DNA from: Nitrospinaceae bacterium
GTDB taxonomy: Bacteria > Nitrospinota > Nitrospinia > Nitrospinales > VA-1
Length of the DNA stretch: 64,000 nucleotides
Reading direction: 5' to 3'
Assembly (NCBI GenBank): GCA_046754465.1
Contig: JBHHVU010000004.1
Span: 32,001 to 96,000 of the forward strand
Every line of letters starts with the position of its first letter. Positions within the stretch are counted from its first letter, which is position 1. Of the stretch, positions 28,897 to 38,960 are shown one piece after another. A model generated the notes under the pieces. It saw only the letters and a program-made list of their open reading frames with translations, did not search any database and was not told the DNA's origin. The translations under genes were made by a program, and so were the position numbers.

Positions 28897-31473
28897 TCAA
28901 GGTGCATGTTCGATCCTCCCCAAAATTTCAAGGACCTTTTCAATTTGGTAATTGTCGATATGTTCTTTCAGGTGCCGCTCCAATGCCCGGCCGTCTTGGC
29001 CCATTTGGCATAATTCCTTAAGGGATCTTTCCAGTTCGGTGATGTTGTTGACTTCCGCGCCCGCTTTCAAACGGGAAAGAAGGGCATGGGGGATATTGAA
29101 GTGGGCGGCATTCAAACCATTGGTTTCGTTTTCTTCCTGCCTGGGTGGGTGGGAGCTCTCATACGGGTTGGGTTGATTTTCATTTGCTTCTCCAGCGGGG
29201 GGCAGGGGAACGGTGAAGAAAAAACGTGATCCTGTTCCCGGTTCCGACTCCAGGCTCAGTTTACCTCCCATCAACGCCACATGTTGTCTGCAAATGGCCA
29301 GCCCTAATCCGGTGCCCCCGCGTCTGGCTCCCTGTTCCTCTTGGCGGAAGGGCTCAAAAATGAATTTCTGGGCGTCCGGGAGAATTCCTGGTCCCGTGTC
29401 GAAGACCTCGAATCGGAAACGGTGGTTGGTTTCGGCTGTGACTTTCAGTCCGACTTCTCCCGATTCCGTGAATTTCACCGCGTTGCCCACGAGGTTGGTC
29501 AATACCTGCCTCAATTTGGTCTCGTCTCCATGAATTTGAACCGGGCTGTCGGGTAATCCTTGCAGGTTCCATTTTAAATTTTTCTTTTGTATCTCAAGTT
29601 TGAACAGCGAAGATAAATTTTGAACCAGACAATTCAGATCGAAATGGGTGAGGATTATTTCCATTCGTCCCGCTTCGATTTTGGATAAATCCAGGATGTC
29701 GTTGATCAATTCGAGGAGGTTTTCCCCACTTTTTTTGATGGTTTCAACGGATTGGATCTGATGGGGGTTCAGGGCCGGGTCATTCATCAGAATCTGGGAG
29801 AAACCGAGAATCGCGTTCATGGGCGAACGGATTTCGTGGCTCATATTGACGAGAAATGTGCTTTTTGACCGGTTGGCGGATTCCGCCTCAATTTTTGCCC
29901 GGTTCAATTCCTGTTCGGTTTGTTTTCTTTCCGAAATATTTCGAACGATGCCAGTGAACAAACGGCGTCCTTCCAGAAGCACTTCGCTGATCGCCAGTTC
30001 CATGGGAAATGTTTTACCGTCCTTTCGCAATCCCGTCACTTCCCGGCCGACTCCAATGATTTTGGCCCGGCCGGTCTTCACATAATGATTGATGTAACCA
30101 TCGTGGCGGTTGTGCCAGGGTTCCGGCATCAATAGTTTTACGTTTTTTCCCAGGACCTCTGATTTGGAGTAACCAAAGAGGCTTTCGGCCGACCGGTTAA
30201 AGGTTTCGATGCTGCCATTTTCGTCAATCGTGATGATGCCATCGACCACGCTGTTCATGACCGCATCCATTCGAATCGCATTTTCGCGGACCTTTTCTTG
30301 AGCGATGTTACGTTCGCGGGAAAGACCGATTTGCCGCCTCCGCATCAAAAAAGCCGTTCCGGAAGCCAGGACCAAAAGACCGAAGATCATGAGAAATCCC
30401 CGGCTCATGGCATGAAGGGTTGCAAAGGCTTCGGCCACATGGATCTCCGTGGTGATGCCGAAATGATAATCCGGTAGCCAGGTCCAGGCGCCGATCACGG
30501 GGACACCCCGGTAATCGTTGTAGCCGTCTACATTGACTCCCCTCTCGCCCCTCAGCGCACTGGCGGCCATTTCCGTGAACGGCTGCCGCTTACGGGGAAG
30601 GGTGGGCCGATGTCCCTTAACCAGGTTGCCTCCCGGGTTGCGGGCTTCCACATTAAGAATGGAATGGATTCCCGCGCGATCGGTTAAAAGCCCCACCCGC
30701 TTTAATTGATCATTGAACCGGGTGCCGGTTATCAGCACGCCTTGATTATTAAACGCATAAGTTTCTCCGGTCTTCCCCCAGCGGCTGATTTCCAACATTT
30801 GGGTGAATTCCGTTTCCGGGCGAAGGCGGAAGGACAAGACCCCGGCGACTTCCCCATCCAGCTCCCGGATGGGGGTCGATACAAACATGGTGGGCCAGCC
30901 AGACCGCCAAACCCCATGAATGTCCGGAAGCACCACCTCCCCGGGAAAAGGAAGGGAAACCACGGTGTCTCCCTGCATGGACCGATAGAAAAAATCAGTG
31001 GATTCCGCCAGACTGCGTTTTCCCACAGGCTCTTCCAAAAGGGCGCCCACCTGGTAACCCGTGGGGTCTAGAAGGACAAAACCGATGAAACCGTATTTCC
31101 GGCAGGCGGCGCCCAGGTTTTCCCGCAGCCAAATGAGCTCATCCGATTGTTTCAAACGTTCCGCGCTCACATACTCGTCCCGCGTTTGTTCCAGAAGATT
31201 CAGAATGTTTTTACGCACTCCCGGTTCCGCGGCTAAAACCTCGACGTCCTGTTGTCTGTCTTTGATCCAGAATTTCAGAGCGGTTATATTAGAGGAGAGA
31301 GTGACCTGCAATTGGGAGGAGAGATTTTTTTTCAATTCCTCCTTCACGGCATTCAATCCGTACCAACCCATGATTCCCAACACGGCCATCCCAATAATGA
31401 GGCTGCCTGGCAGAGAAATGATACGCGGCAAAGATTGATTTTCCCTGCCATGGAATGGTGAAAAGATCGGCAT
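28897..31473 (-). CDS. Membrane sensor histidine kinase: 2 TM + Cache-like + FixL-type PAS + HisKA + HATPase
   Basis: YNDYRGVPVIGAW (Cache-like); LMPEPWHNRHDGYI...KIIGVGREVTGLRKDG (FixL-like PAS); MSHEIRSPMNAI, NAVKFT, DTGPG, GTGLGL. Confidence 0.92.
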   Translation of the reverse strand: MPIFSPFHGRENQSLPRIISLPGSLIIGMAVLGIMGWYGLNAVKEELKKNLSSQLQVTLSSNITALKFWIKDRQQDVEVLAAEPGVRKNILNLLEQTRDEYVSAERLKQSDELIWLRENLGAACRKYGFIGFVLLDPTGYQVGALLEEPVGKRSLAESTDFFYRSMQGDTVVSLPFPGEVVLPDIHGVWRSGWPTMFVSTPIRELDGEVAGVLSFRLRPETEFTQMLEISRWGKTGETYAFNNQGVLITGTRFNDQLKRVGLLTDRAGIHSILNVEARNPGGNLVKGHRPTLPRKRQPFTEMAASALRGERGVNVDGYNDYRGVPVIGAWTWLPDYHFGITTEIHVAEAFATLHAMSRGFLMIFGLLVLASGTAFLMRRRQIGLSRERNIAQEKVRENAIRMDAVMNSVVDGIITIDENGSIETFNRSAESLFGYSKSEVLGKNVKLLMPEPWHNRHDGYINHYVKTGRAKIIGVGREVTGLRKDGKTFPMELAISEVLLEGRRLFTGIVRNISERKQTEQELNRAKIEAESANRSKSTFLVNMSHEIRSPMNAILGFSQILMNDPALNPHQIQSVETIKKSGENLLELINDILDLSKIEAGRMEIILTHFDLNCLVQNLSSLFKLEIQKKNLKWNLQGLPDSPVQIHGDETKLRQVLTNLVGNAVKFTESGEVGLKVTAETNHRFRFEVFDTGPGILPDAQKFIFEPFRQEEQGARRGGTGLGLAICRQHVALMGGKLSLESEPGTGSRFFFTVPLPPAGEANENQPNPYESSHPPRQEENETNGLNAAHFNIPHALLSRLKAGAEVNNITELERSLKELCQMGQDGRALERHLKEHIDNYQIEKVLEILGRIEHAP

Positions 31474-31796
31474 GGCGCGTCACCTGAAATCGGCTTGCAT
31501 GGACATACACGGATTCCCAAACAGGACCGGGAATTTCCACTCACAACTCTTGTTTTAATGATAACATATACTTTCCAGATAAACTAATTGACGGGAAATT
31601 TTTGCGGTTAACTGAGGGTTTTTTAAGGGGTTTGTTAATTTACCCAGGAGAGCTCACAGGTGAAAAAGCTGCGGGAAGAGCATCTTTCGAAGGGGGAAAG
31701 GGCGGGTGATCCCATGGGCCGGGAAAGAGATTCCCCACAGCGGATTCCATGGGATCACCCGTCGATGGCCACAATGCGTCTTTGGGGGAAAAACCG

Positions 31797-32474
31797 TCAA
31801 AGAATTTTGTGATTGTCCAAAGTCATGCTCTCCACGGCGACTTGGCCGTCCTCGCAATGAATGATTCGACGACAGGCCGGTAAGTCCGCCTCGCCCACAC
31901 GATGGTAATCATCGGTATAACTTTCCACGTCTTTCAGGGTTCCATTTTCGGGATTGAAATAATAAACCGTGTATTTGTGAGTGAGGAATTTTCCTTCCGG
32001 ATTCTTAACGCTCTCTTCAATATTGATTGAAAAAGAGAACCTTGGGGTCTTACGATTGATCTGCTGGATGCGGCCGTCCTTGATCCGATAAAAGGAATGC
32101 ATGCCATCCCCTCCCATGATCACGCTGCGGCCGAGTGGGTGTTTGCCGTCGTCGCCGAAGGCCAGCTTGTATTTGCCGTCGGATTCCTCGAAGGACCGCG
32201 GTCCCCGGTGCATGGCGATCGAAGCCATGTTTTCAAGGACGAATTCCCTGGCCTTTTCATCCTGAATGGTTGTTTCGATTTCTTTGGGATTTTTTACGGT
32301 CACAGTACCTTGCTCGTCTTTACCGTTGATGTTTACGGTGATGCCGGCCGTGAAACCGGGGAACCCCGAAGGCCATCGGGCGGTGTTGCCAAACACTTCT
32401 TTCAGAGCGGCACGCGCTTCCGAATCGTCCTCAAGGGTTGAGGCGACATCTTTTTCCTTGGTATAGGTTGCCAT
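31797..32474 (-). CDS. DUF3386-like protein
   Basis: RWPSGFPGFTA, IAMHRGPRSFEESDGKY, SFYRIKDGRIQQINR; AGGAGG before ATG 32474. Confidence 0.75.
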   Translation of the reverse strand: MATYTKEKDVASTLEDDSEARAALKEVFGNTARWPSGFPGFTAGITVNINGKDEQGTVTVKNPKEIETTIQDEKAREFVLENMASIAMHRGPRSFEESDGKYKLAFGDDGKHPLGRSVIMGGDGMHSFYRIKDGRIQQINRKTPRFSFSINIEESVKNPEGKFLTHKYTVYYFNPENGTLKDVESYTDDYHRVGEADLPACRRIIHCEDGQVAVESMTLDNHKIL

Positions 32475-32656
32475 TATAAACTTCCTCCTGGTGGAATGAA
32501 GGGTTTTCGGGATTGACTTCTCCAATGACCCGGTTCTTTCCTGACGGGAAAATCCGGATCAAGATAGCCGGAAGAGGGTGCCGATTGCTCCCTCCTGATA
32601 TTTTGGTTGAGTATATTATACTCCAGGGAGGCGGGGAACCGGGAAGTGTCCGGGAA

Positions 32657-33694
32657 TTAAAATAAGATCTCGATTTTGGCGTTCTTTCTAAGTTTGGCGA
32701 TGTAATCCTGAACCTTTTTTTTGGCTCTTTCGGTGAAGAGATGCTTTTGGATTCCCTTTTCCATTTCAGAGAACGGGGCCAGTTCGGAGGGTTTGGTTTC
32801 AATGAGTTTGATGATGTGGAAACCGAAGGGGGTCTGGACCACACCGCTGACTTCCCCGGGTTTCAGTTTGGACACGGCTAAGTCAAAGGCCGGATCGAAG
32901 ACTCCCTTGTAGATAAAGTCGAGATCGCCCCCTTTCTTGGCGCTGCCCGTATCGTGGGAATATTTTTTGGCCAGGTCCTTGAAATCCGCGCCGGCGCGCA
33001 CTTCCTTAAGGATTTGGCGGATTTTTTCTTCCGCTTTTTTGCGTAATTCGTCCGTGCGGGCTTCCAACTCCTTGGGAGTGGATTTTTGGATGAGTTCCGG
33101 GGGATATATCGATATGAAAATGTGGCGGGCGCGGTAGGCTTCCGGCCGGACAAATTTTTTCTGGTTCGTCTCGTAATATTTTTTTACTTCCTCAGGGGAA
33201 ATATTTATTTTCCCCTGGATCTGCTTTTCGAGTAGTTTGTGGGCAACGATGTCCACTTTGATAGATTGCCGCAAGTGGTCTTCGGTGAGATTCCGTTCCA
33301 TCAGGGCCTTTTTAAACTCCTCTTCATTTTTATAGGGTTTGCGGATGGCTTCCAGTTGTTTCTCAACCAATTTCGGATCGAGGGGGATGTGTTCTTCCTT
33401 CCCCTGCTGGTATACCAGTTCCCGGATCACTTCCTTCTCGATCATATCCAGGATAATCTTCCTTTTTTGCGAAGAATTGAGCGGCTGGTTGATTTTCTTC
33501 ATCAGGCGCTTTAGTTGAAACTGGATGATATTGGCGTCGACCGGGACCCCGTTGACGCGGGCCACAACGTCCGGAAGAGCCACCTCGGCGGCGGAACCCG
33601 CGGGTTTTTCCTGGGCTGCCGGGCAAACGGCGGCCAAACTCAACAGCCAAAAACAAAGAATCACCGCCGTCTCGAATTTAAAATTTTTGAGCAT
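32657..33694 (-). CDS. Exported parvulin-type peptidylprolyl isomerase (SurA/PrsA-like)
   Basis: Signal peptide, VVARVNG, ARHIFI, FKDLAKKYSHD.GSAKKGGDL, TPFGFHIIK. Confidence 0.92.
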   Translation of the reverse strand: MLKNFKFETAVILCFWLLSLAAVCPAAQEKPAGSAAEVALPDVVARVNGVPVDANIIQFQLKRLMKKINQPLNSSQKRKIILDMIEKEVIRELVYQQGKEEHIPLDPKLVEKQLEAIRKPYKNEEEFKKALMERNLTEDHLRQSIKVDIVAHKLLEKQIQGKINISPEEVKKYYETNQKKFVRPEAYRARHIFISIYPPELIQKSTPKELEARTDELRKKAEEKIRQILKEVRAGADFKDLAKKYSHDTGSAKKGGDLDFIYKGVFDPAFDLAVSKLKPGEVSGVVQTPFGFHIIKLIETKPSELAPFSEMEKGIQKHLFTERAKKKVQDYIAKLRKNAKIEILF

Positions 33695-34015
33695 TGATAT
33701 TCTCCAAAAGATGTTTACCCCATTCGGGCCCCCTTGCCTGGACTCTTTCGGCAGGGACCGATTTCTGGAAAAGGTTACCATTCCTATCAAACCGATGCAA
33801 CGATTCCGTGATTGAGGGACCCGCGTTGACTCCCGGTGGGGGATGTGGGAAAATCCGGTGAAAGCATTCTACCTTGTATCCAGAACCCACCCTGGGCCTT
33901 GGTGAAACGTGGACAGGCACCGGCCAGCTCCAAGTGAATCACGGGACTGGCAGCGGGTGAGTCCCCTTGTCTCGTTTATGCGAACGCCGTCACTGTAGGA
34001 ACGCGCCCCTCTTTC

Positions 34016-36664
34016 ATGGATCAAACACGTCACCCTGTTTATAGCGTCATTCCCTACTTTGGCCTGTTTTTTTCCGGGGCCGCCAGCCTGGTTTACGAAC
34101 TGGTTTGGATCCGTCAACTCACTCTTGTTTTTGGTGCCACTCTCTACGCCATCAGCGCGGTCCTGTGTGCTTTCATGATCGGACTGGCCCTGGGAGCCTG
34201 GGGAATCGTGCGTTTCCTGAACTGGCGGGAACGCGGCGGCCGGACCCCGCGGATGGTCCGTTTATATGGAATGATCGAGGGATGGATTGGGCTGTACGGT
34301 CTGGGTTTTCCTCTGGGACTTCACCTGTTGGAACGCATCTATCCCCTGGCCGTGGACAGTGGGTTTGGGTCCGGAACCTGGCTGCATGGTTTGGAATTTT
34401 TTTTGAGCACGTTGTTGATGCTTCCGCCGACGGTGCTCATGGGCGCCACCCTCCCGCTTATCGCCAGTTGGGCCACACGGGAACAAACCGGCAGGATTTT
34501 TTCCAATGTTTCCATCCTTTACAGTATCAACACGTTCGGGGCGGTCTTCGGCTGCCTGTATACCCAGCTCTTCGCCATGGAGCATTTCGGGATTCGCGGG
34601 ACAGTTTGGTCCGCCGCGGCGATGAACTTCCTCGTCCTTATGATTTGCCTGCCTCCGGGGGTCGAGCGCGCGCCGAAAACAAAGGCACCCCCTCGAGCCC
34701 GAAAAAAGTGGATCGAGGAAAAAGGAGAGGCCGATCCCCCATCCCGGCAGTCCACGATCCTCGGTTTTCTGATCCTGGTTATTTTTATTTACTCGGGGAT
34801 GGCCTCGTTATCCAGCGAAATACTTTGGACCCGCGTCCTGGTTTTTCCCATGGGGAGCACCCTGTTTTCTTTCGCGCTCATCCTGGCCACCTTTCTTTTC
34901 AGCATCGCCCTGGGCAGCCTGGTGGCGGCAAGGATCCTTGGGAATTCGCGGTGGATTTTGAAATTCCTGCTCATCGAACTGGGGATCGGACTGGTTTGCA
35001 TCGGCATCTTGCCCCTGTTCGATCGGTTGCCGGATTGGACCCGGTTGGCGGACCTCCTGTTTTACAATCTGGATAATTCAGCCGGTCAGACCCTCCTGGT
35101 GAGATCGCTCTTCGCCTTTGGCTTGATGTTTCTTCCCACACTGGGATTTGGCCTTCTCTTTCCCCTGGCTAACCGCATTCATGTCACCCTGTTTAGGACC
35201 GTCCGGAGGACCCTGGGCAATTGTTACGCCTTCAATACCTTGGGAGCGGTTCTGGGAACCCTGTTGACCCCTTTTGTATTGATTCCTCTGTTCGGGATCC
35301 GGTTGTCGCTGTTTGTGATTTATTCCATCCTCATCCTGCTTTCATCCGTGGGCCTGGCCCTGTACCTCGAGGCGCGGCCGGTCCGTTTCGCGGGCCTGGT
35401 TTCCGGGGCGGGTCTGCTTATTTACGGGGGCTACGCCTATTCGACGCCCCACATATCCGTTAACCGGCTCGGCGACCACAATCTGGCACGGGTGGAGATC
35501 TCCGTTTCCAAGGACCGCCTCCGGCTTCTGGATTACCGGGAAGGTGATTTCGCTACCCTCAGCGTGGTGGAGAATGTGAATTCGGGAGAGCGCACCCTTT
35601 ATGTAAACGGGTTCAGCACCGCCACGGTTACCCAGTCACTCAGTGGCAGCGCTTACATGCGGGCGATGGGTTTTGTCCCCATGGTTCTGCATCCGGATCC
35701 CCGGAAGGCGCTGGTGATTTGTTTTGGGACCGGGAACACGATGGGTACCGTTTCCCTGTTCCCCGGCGTGACCGTGGATGGAGTGGAAATCGACCGCAAC
35801 GTCCTTTCCTTGGCTCACTGGTTCTCTTCCTGGAATTACGATGTCCTCAACCGTTCCAATACCCGCATGATGATTCAGGACGGAAGGACATTCACGCGCT
35901 GGACCCGGAACCAGTATGACGTAATCACCCTGGAGCCGATGTCTCCGGTTCAAGCGGGGGTGGTTCATCTTTATTCCCGTGAATTTTATGAACAGGCGCT
36001 GGGACGGCTGACGCCGGGCGGAATCATGGTACAGTGGCTTCCCCTCCATTTGGTGGGGGATGAGGATATGAAGGCGATCGTTAAGACGTTTAAGGCGGTG
36101 TTTCCCCACGTTTCGGTTTGGAACAGTTTCCTGACGCGGATCGTTCTCCTGGTGGGATCGGACCGGCCGGTCCGGCTGGATAAAAACCGGTTTGATGATC
36201 TGATGCGGGTTCCTGCCCTGAAGGAAGCCGCGCGCCAGATGGGGGTCCAGGCGTTCCTGGATTTCACGGATTTTTTCCTGACAGATGCCGATCGTCTGGA
36301 ATCCCTTCTTCAGGAGGCTCCGGTCATCACCGACGATCATCCGATCCTGGAGTTTTCCCCGGTTTCCCTATTGGCGCCGCTGTTGTGGCAAACGGACGAA
36401 AAATTTCTCAATCTTTTGCGTTACCGGGTGGGCCGGTTTCCCCCGGTGACGGGAATCACCGGGGAAGAAGAACGGCTCCTTCGCCGGCAATATGAAATTC
36501 GCACGGCCCAACGGTTTGCCGTGTTTTCCCGAAGGTACCGCGGGCCCGGGGAGGCGGCTTTCGCCTCGAAAAATTATCTGTCCGGACTGGAGGCGGTGAA
36601 AATTTATTTGGAAACCAAAAAAGACACACCCATCAGCTTGAAAGATGCCCGGTGGCATCCGTAA
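34016..36664 (+). CDS. Fused multi-TM (MFS-like) / spermidine synthase-like SAM-binding protein
   Basis: FFSGAASLVYELVWIR, LMGATLP, LYSINTFGAVFG duplicated membrane module; ALVICFGTG, VEID, DGRTF, YDVI, LYSREFY, QWLP. Confidence 0.88.
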   Translation: MDQTRHPVYSVIPYFGLFFSGAASLVYELVWIRQLTLVFGATLYAISAVLCAFMIGLALGAWGIVRFLNWRERGGRTPRMVRLYGMIEGWIGLYGLGFPLGLHLLERIYPLAVDSGFGSGTWLHGLEFFLSTLLMLPPTVLMGATLPLIASWATREQTGRIFSNVSILYSINTFGAVFGCLYTQLFAMEHFGIRGTVWSAAAMNFLVLMICLPPGVERAPKTKAPPRARKKWIEEKGEADPPSRQSTILGFLILVIFIYSGMASLSSEILWTRVLVFPMGSTLFSFALILATFLFSIALGSLVAARILGNSRWILKFLLIELGIGLVCIGILPLFDRLPDWTRLADLLFYNLDNSAGQTLLVRSLFAFGLMFLPTLGFGLLFPLANRIHVTLFRTVRRTLGNCYAFNTLGAVLGTLLTPFVLIPLFGIRLSLFVIYSILILLSSVGLALYLEARPVRFAGLVSGAGLLIYGGYAYSTPHISVNRLGDHNLARVEISVSKDRLRLLDYREGDFATLSVVENVNSGERTLYVNGFSTATVTQSLSGSAYMRAMGFVPMVLHPDPRKALVICFGTGNTMGTVSLFPGVTVDGVEIDRNVLSLAHWFSSWNYDVLNRSNTRMMIQDGRTFTRWTRNQYDVITLEPMSPVQAGVVHLYSREFYEQALGRLTPGGIMVQWLPLHLVGDEDMKAIVKTFKAVFPHVSVWNSFLTRIVLLVGSDRPVRLDKNRFDDLMRVPALKEAARQMGVQAFLDFTDFFLTDADRLESLLQEAPVITDDHPILEFSPVSLLAPLLWQTDEKFLNLLRYRVGRFPPVTGITGEEERLLRRQYEIRTAQRFAVFSRRYRGPGEAAFASKNYLSGLEAVKIYLETKKDTPISLKDARWHP

Positions 36665-36712
36665 ACGCTGTGTGGGGGAGAGGGCCGGCGGGGATTGAGG
36701 GTGGGGAATCGT

Positions 36713-37681
36713 TCATCCGTCGCCGTTAGTGAACACACCCATGCCGCGGAATTTTTCCTGCCTGCGGCTCAGTAAATCCTGGGTGGAAGAGTGGCAGAGG
36801 TCCGTTAGATTGGAGCGCAGGGCTTTTTTCAACAGGATGGATGCCCTTTTTTTGTGGCGATGGGCGCCCCCCAGGGGTTCCCGGATGATTTGATCGATCA
36901 CTTTCAGTTTCAGGAGGTCTTCCGCGGTGAGGCACAGCGCTTCCGCCGCTTGCACCACCTTTTGTTTGTCTCCCCACAAAATCGAGGCGCATCCCTCGGG
37001 CGAGATCACCGAATAGACGGAATGTTCCAGCATCAGGATCCGGTCACCGATCCCGATCGCCAGCGCGCCCCCCGAGCCCCCTTCGCCGATGACGACGACA
37101 ATGATCGGGACCTTGATGCCTATCATGGTATACATGTTGGTGGCGATGGCTTCCGATTGTCCCTTTTCTTCCGCGTCCACTCCGGGATAGGCTCCCGGGG
37201 TATCGATCAGGGTGATGATGGGAATATCGAATTTTTCCGCCATTTTCATCAGGCGCAGTGCCTTGCGGTACCCGGCGGGTTGAGACATCCCGAAATTCCG
37301 CGAAACCTTTTCCTCGTTGTCTCTTCCTTTTTGATGTCCGATGATCATCACCGATTGATCGTCAAACTTTGCCACCCCCCCGACGATGGACGGGCCAAAG
37401 CCCCCGTGCCGGTCTCCGTGCAGTTCAAAAAAATTCGTAAAAATCTCATCAATATAATCCAGGGTATAAGGCCGATCGGGATGCCTGGCGACCTGGGTTT
37501 TCTGCCAGCCTTTGAGATTGGCGAAAACATCGTGTTTCATGTGACGGAGTTTTTTCTTCAGTTTGGCGATCTCATGGGTGATGTCGCCCACGCTGTCGTA
37601 CATGTGCGAAAGGGAAATCAGTTCATGGATCTGGTTTTCCAGCGCGAATATTTCTCTTTCGATATCCAGGATTTGGACCAT
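36713..37681 (-). CDS. accA: Acetyl-CoA carboxylase carboxyltransferase alpha subunit
   Basis: ARHPDRP, ELHGDR, GHQKGR, GYRKALR, DTPGAYPG, GEGGSGGAL, YSVISPEGCASILW. Confidence 0.96.
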   Translation of the reverse strand: MVQILDIEREIFALENQIHELISLSHMYDSVGDITHEIAKLKKKLRHMKHDVFANLKGWQKTQVARHPDRPYTLDYIDEIFTNFFELHGDRHGGFGPSIVGGVAKFDDQSVMIIGHQKGRDNEEKVSRNFGMSQPAGYRKALRLMKMAEKFDIPIITLIDTPGAYPGVDAEEKGQSEAIATNMYTMIGIKVPIIVVVIGEGGSGGALAIGIGDRILMLEHSVYSVISPEGCASILWGDKQKVVQAAEALCLTAEDLLKLKVIDQIIREPLGGAHRHKKRASILLKKALRSNLTDLCHSSTQDLLSRRQEKFRGMGVFTNGDG

Positions 37682-37821
37682 GGCGGATCGGTACTCAGAA
37701 GATATTGATCTTTACTGCCTTTAAAGTGATTTTAACACATTCCAACGGCGTCTTCCATTTTCCCTGGGTCCGGCCGGTGTTGGCGGTGGTGGGTTGCCAA
37801 GGGAGGGAGAGGGGCCTGGAA

Positions 37822-38889
37822 TCAATAAAACCCGAAGATGGGGTGAATAAGTTTCGTCAGATGTTTGGATTCCTGCAAAGCCGCGGCGCCCTCGCTGCCA
37901 ATTTTATTTTGTCCCAGTTTTAACGATTTCAGGTTCGACAGATTATGAGAATCGGCAATGGCCTTGGCTCCCGCGTCACCAATGCGGTTGAAATTCAAAT
38001 TCAATTTTTTCAGATGGGACAGGGTTTCGGATCGGGCCAGGGCGATGGCTCCCACATCGGTGATGTTGTTCTGGGCCAGGTTTAAAGAGGTCAGTTGTTT
38101 CAATTTCGGGGATTGGGCCAGCGCCGTCACGGCGTTGTCGCTCAGGCCGTTGCCGTGAAGGTCCAGCCGGGTCAAATTCGAGGCGTAGGGCAGGTCCAGC
38201 AAGGCAAACACGCCGATGTCACCGAGAATGATTTTCCCCATATCCTCAAGCTGGCTCTGTGTATGCAGTTCCTTGAGCTTTTGGATGACCTGGAACCGGT
38301 GCCACGCCGCTTCCCCGTCTTTTCCCAGGGGGTTGTAGGCGAGGCCGATGATTTGGATGTTTTTCAGTTTGGGAGAGGTCGTGAGCCGAATCGCCCCCTC
38401 GTCGCGAATTTCGTTGTAATTGAGGTTGAGTTCGATGAGGCCGGAAAGGATATCGGACTCGGCGATGGCCACCGCGCCGGCATCTTTGATCCGGTTCCGG
38501 TACAGGTTGAGCGTTTTCAGGCGGGAAAAGGTTTTCGATGAGGCGAGAATTTTCACCCCCTCATCGGTGACGGAATTGTTTTCCAGGGAAAGCGATGTCA
38601 GATTTCCGAGTTGTGGGGAATCGGCAAGGGCGCGGATACCTTCATCTCCCATTCCCGCCTTGTAAATGACGAGCCTGGTTACGCTTTTCAGGAGGGGGGA
38701 TCGAGCAAGGACCCGAACCCCGGCGTCGCCGATGTTCTTGGCGTTGATTTTAAGGCTGGTGGGATTTCTCCGCAGTTTTTTTTTGATGTACTTTTCAATT
38801 CGGGGTCCGCTCCATTCAGGAGGTGAAGCGGCGGCGAAGAAAATATAAAAAAAAGCCAGCCCCAGGGCTGTCCATCGGCATCGATGCAT
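37822..38889 (-). CDS. Exported leucine-rich repeat protein (28-aa RI-like repeats, two blocks)
   Basis: Hydrophobic N-terminus, then LxxLNLxxNxIxDxGAxAxAxS repeats in two blocks separated by a helical linker. Confidence 0.87.
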   Translation of the reverse strand: MHRCRWTALGLAFFYIFFAAASPPEWSGPRIEKYIKKKLRRNPTSLKINAKNIGDAGVRVLARSPLLKSVTRLVIYKAGMGDEGIRALADSPQLGNLTSLSLENNSVTDEGVKILASSKTFSRLKTLNLYRNRIKDAGAVAIAESDILSGLIELNLNYNEIRDEGAIRLTTSPKLKNIQIIGLAYNPLGKDGEAAWHRFQVIQKLKELHTQSQLEDMGKIILGDIGVFALLDLPYASNLTRLDLHGNGLSDNAVTALAQSPKLKQLTSLNLAQNNITDVGAIALARSETLSHLKKLNLNFNRIGDAGAKAIADSHNLSNLKSLKLGQNKIGSEGAAALQESKHLTKLIHPIFGFY

Positions 38890-38960
38890 AAACGGCCTGC
38901 TATAGTAAGGCGAAATCAATTCGCGGTTTTTTAATCTATGTTTTTATTTTAACGGGCCAT

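Noticed and set aside
33840..33995. Cobalamin-, SAM-I- or ZTP-riboswitch resemblance (GGGAA..CCGGTGAAA, GAGGGAC, GACTGGC)
   Set aside because: Only fragments match and the remaining conserved elements are absent; kept only as an unclassified candidate structure.
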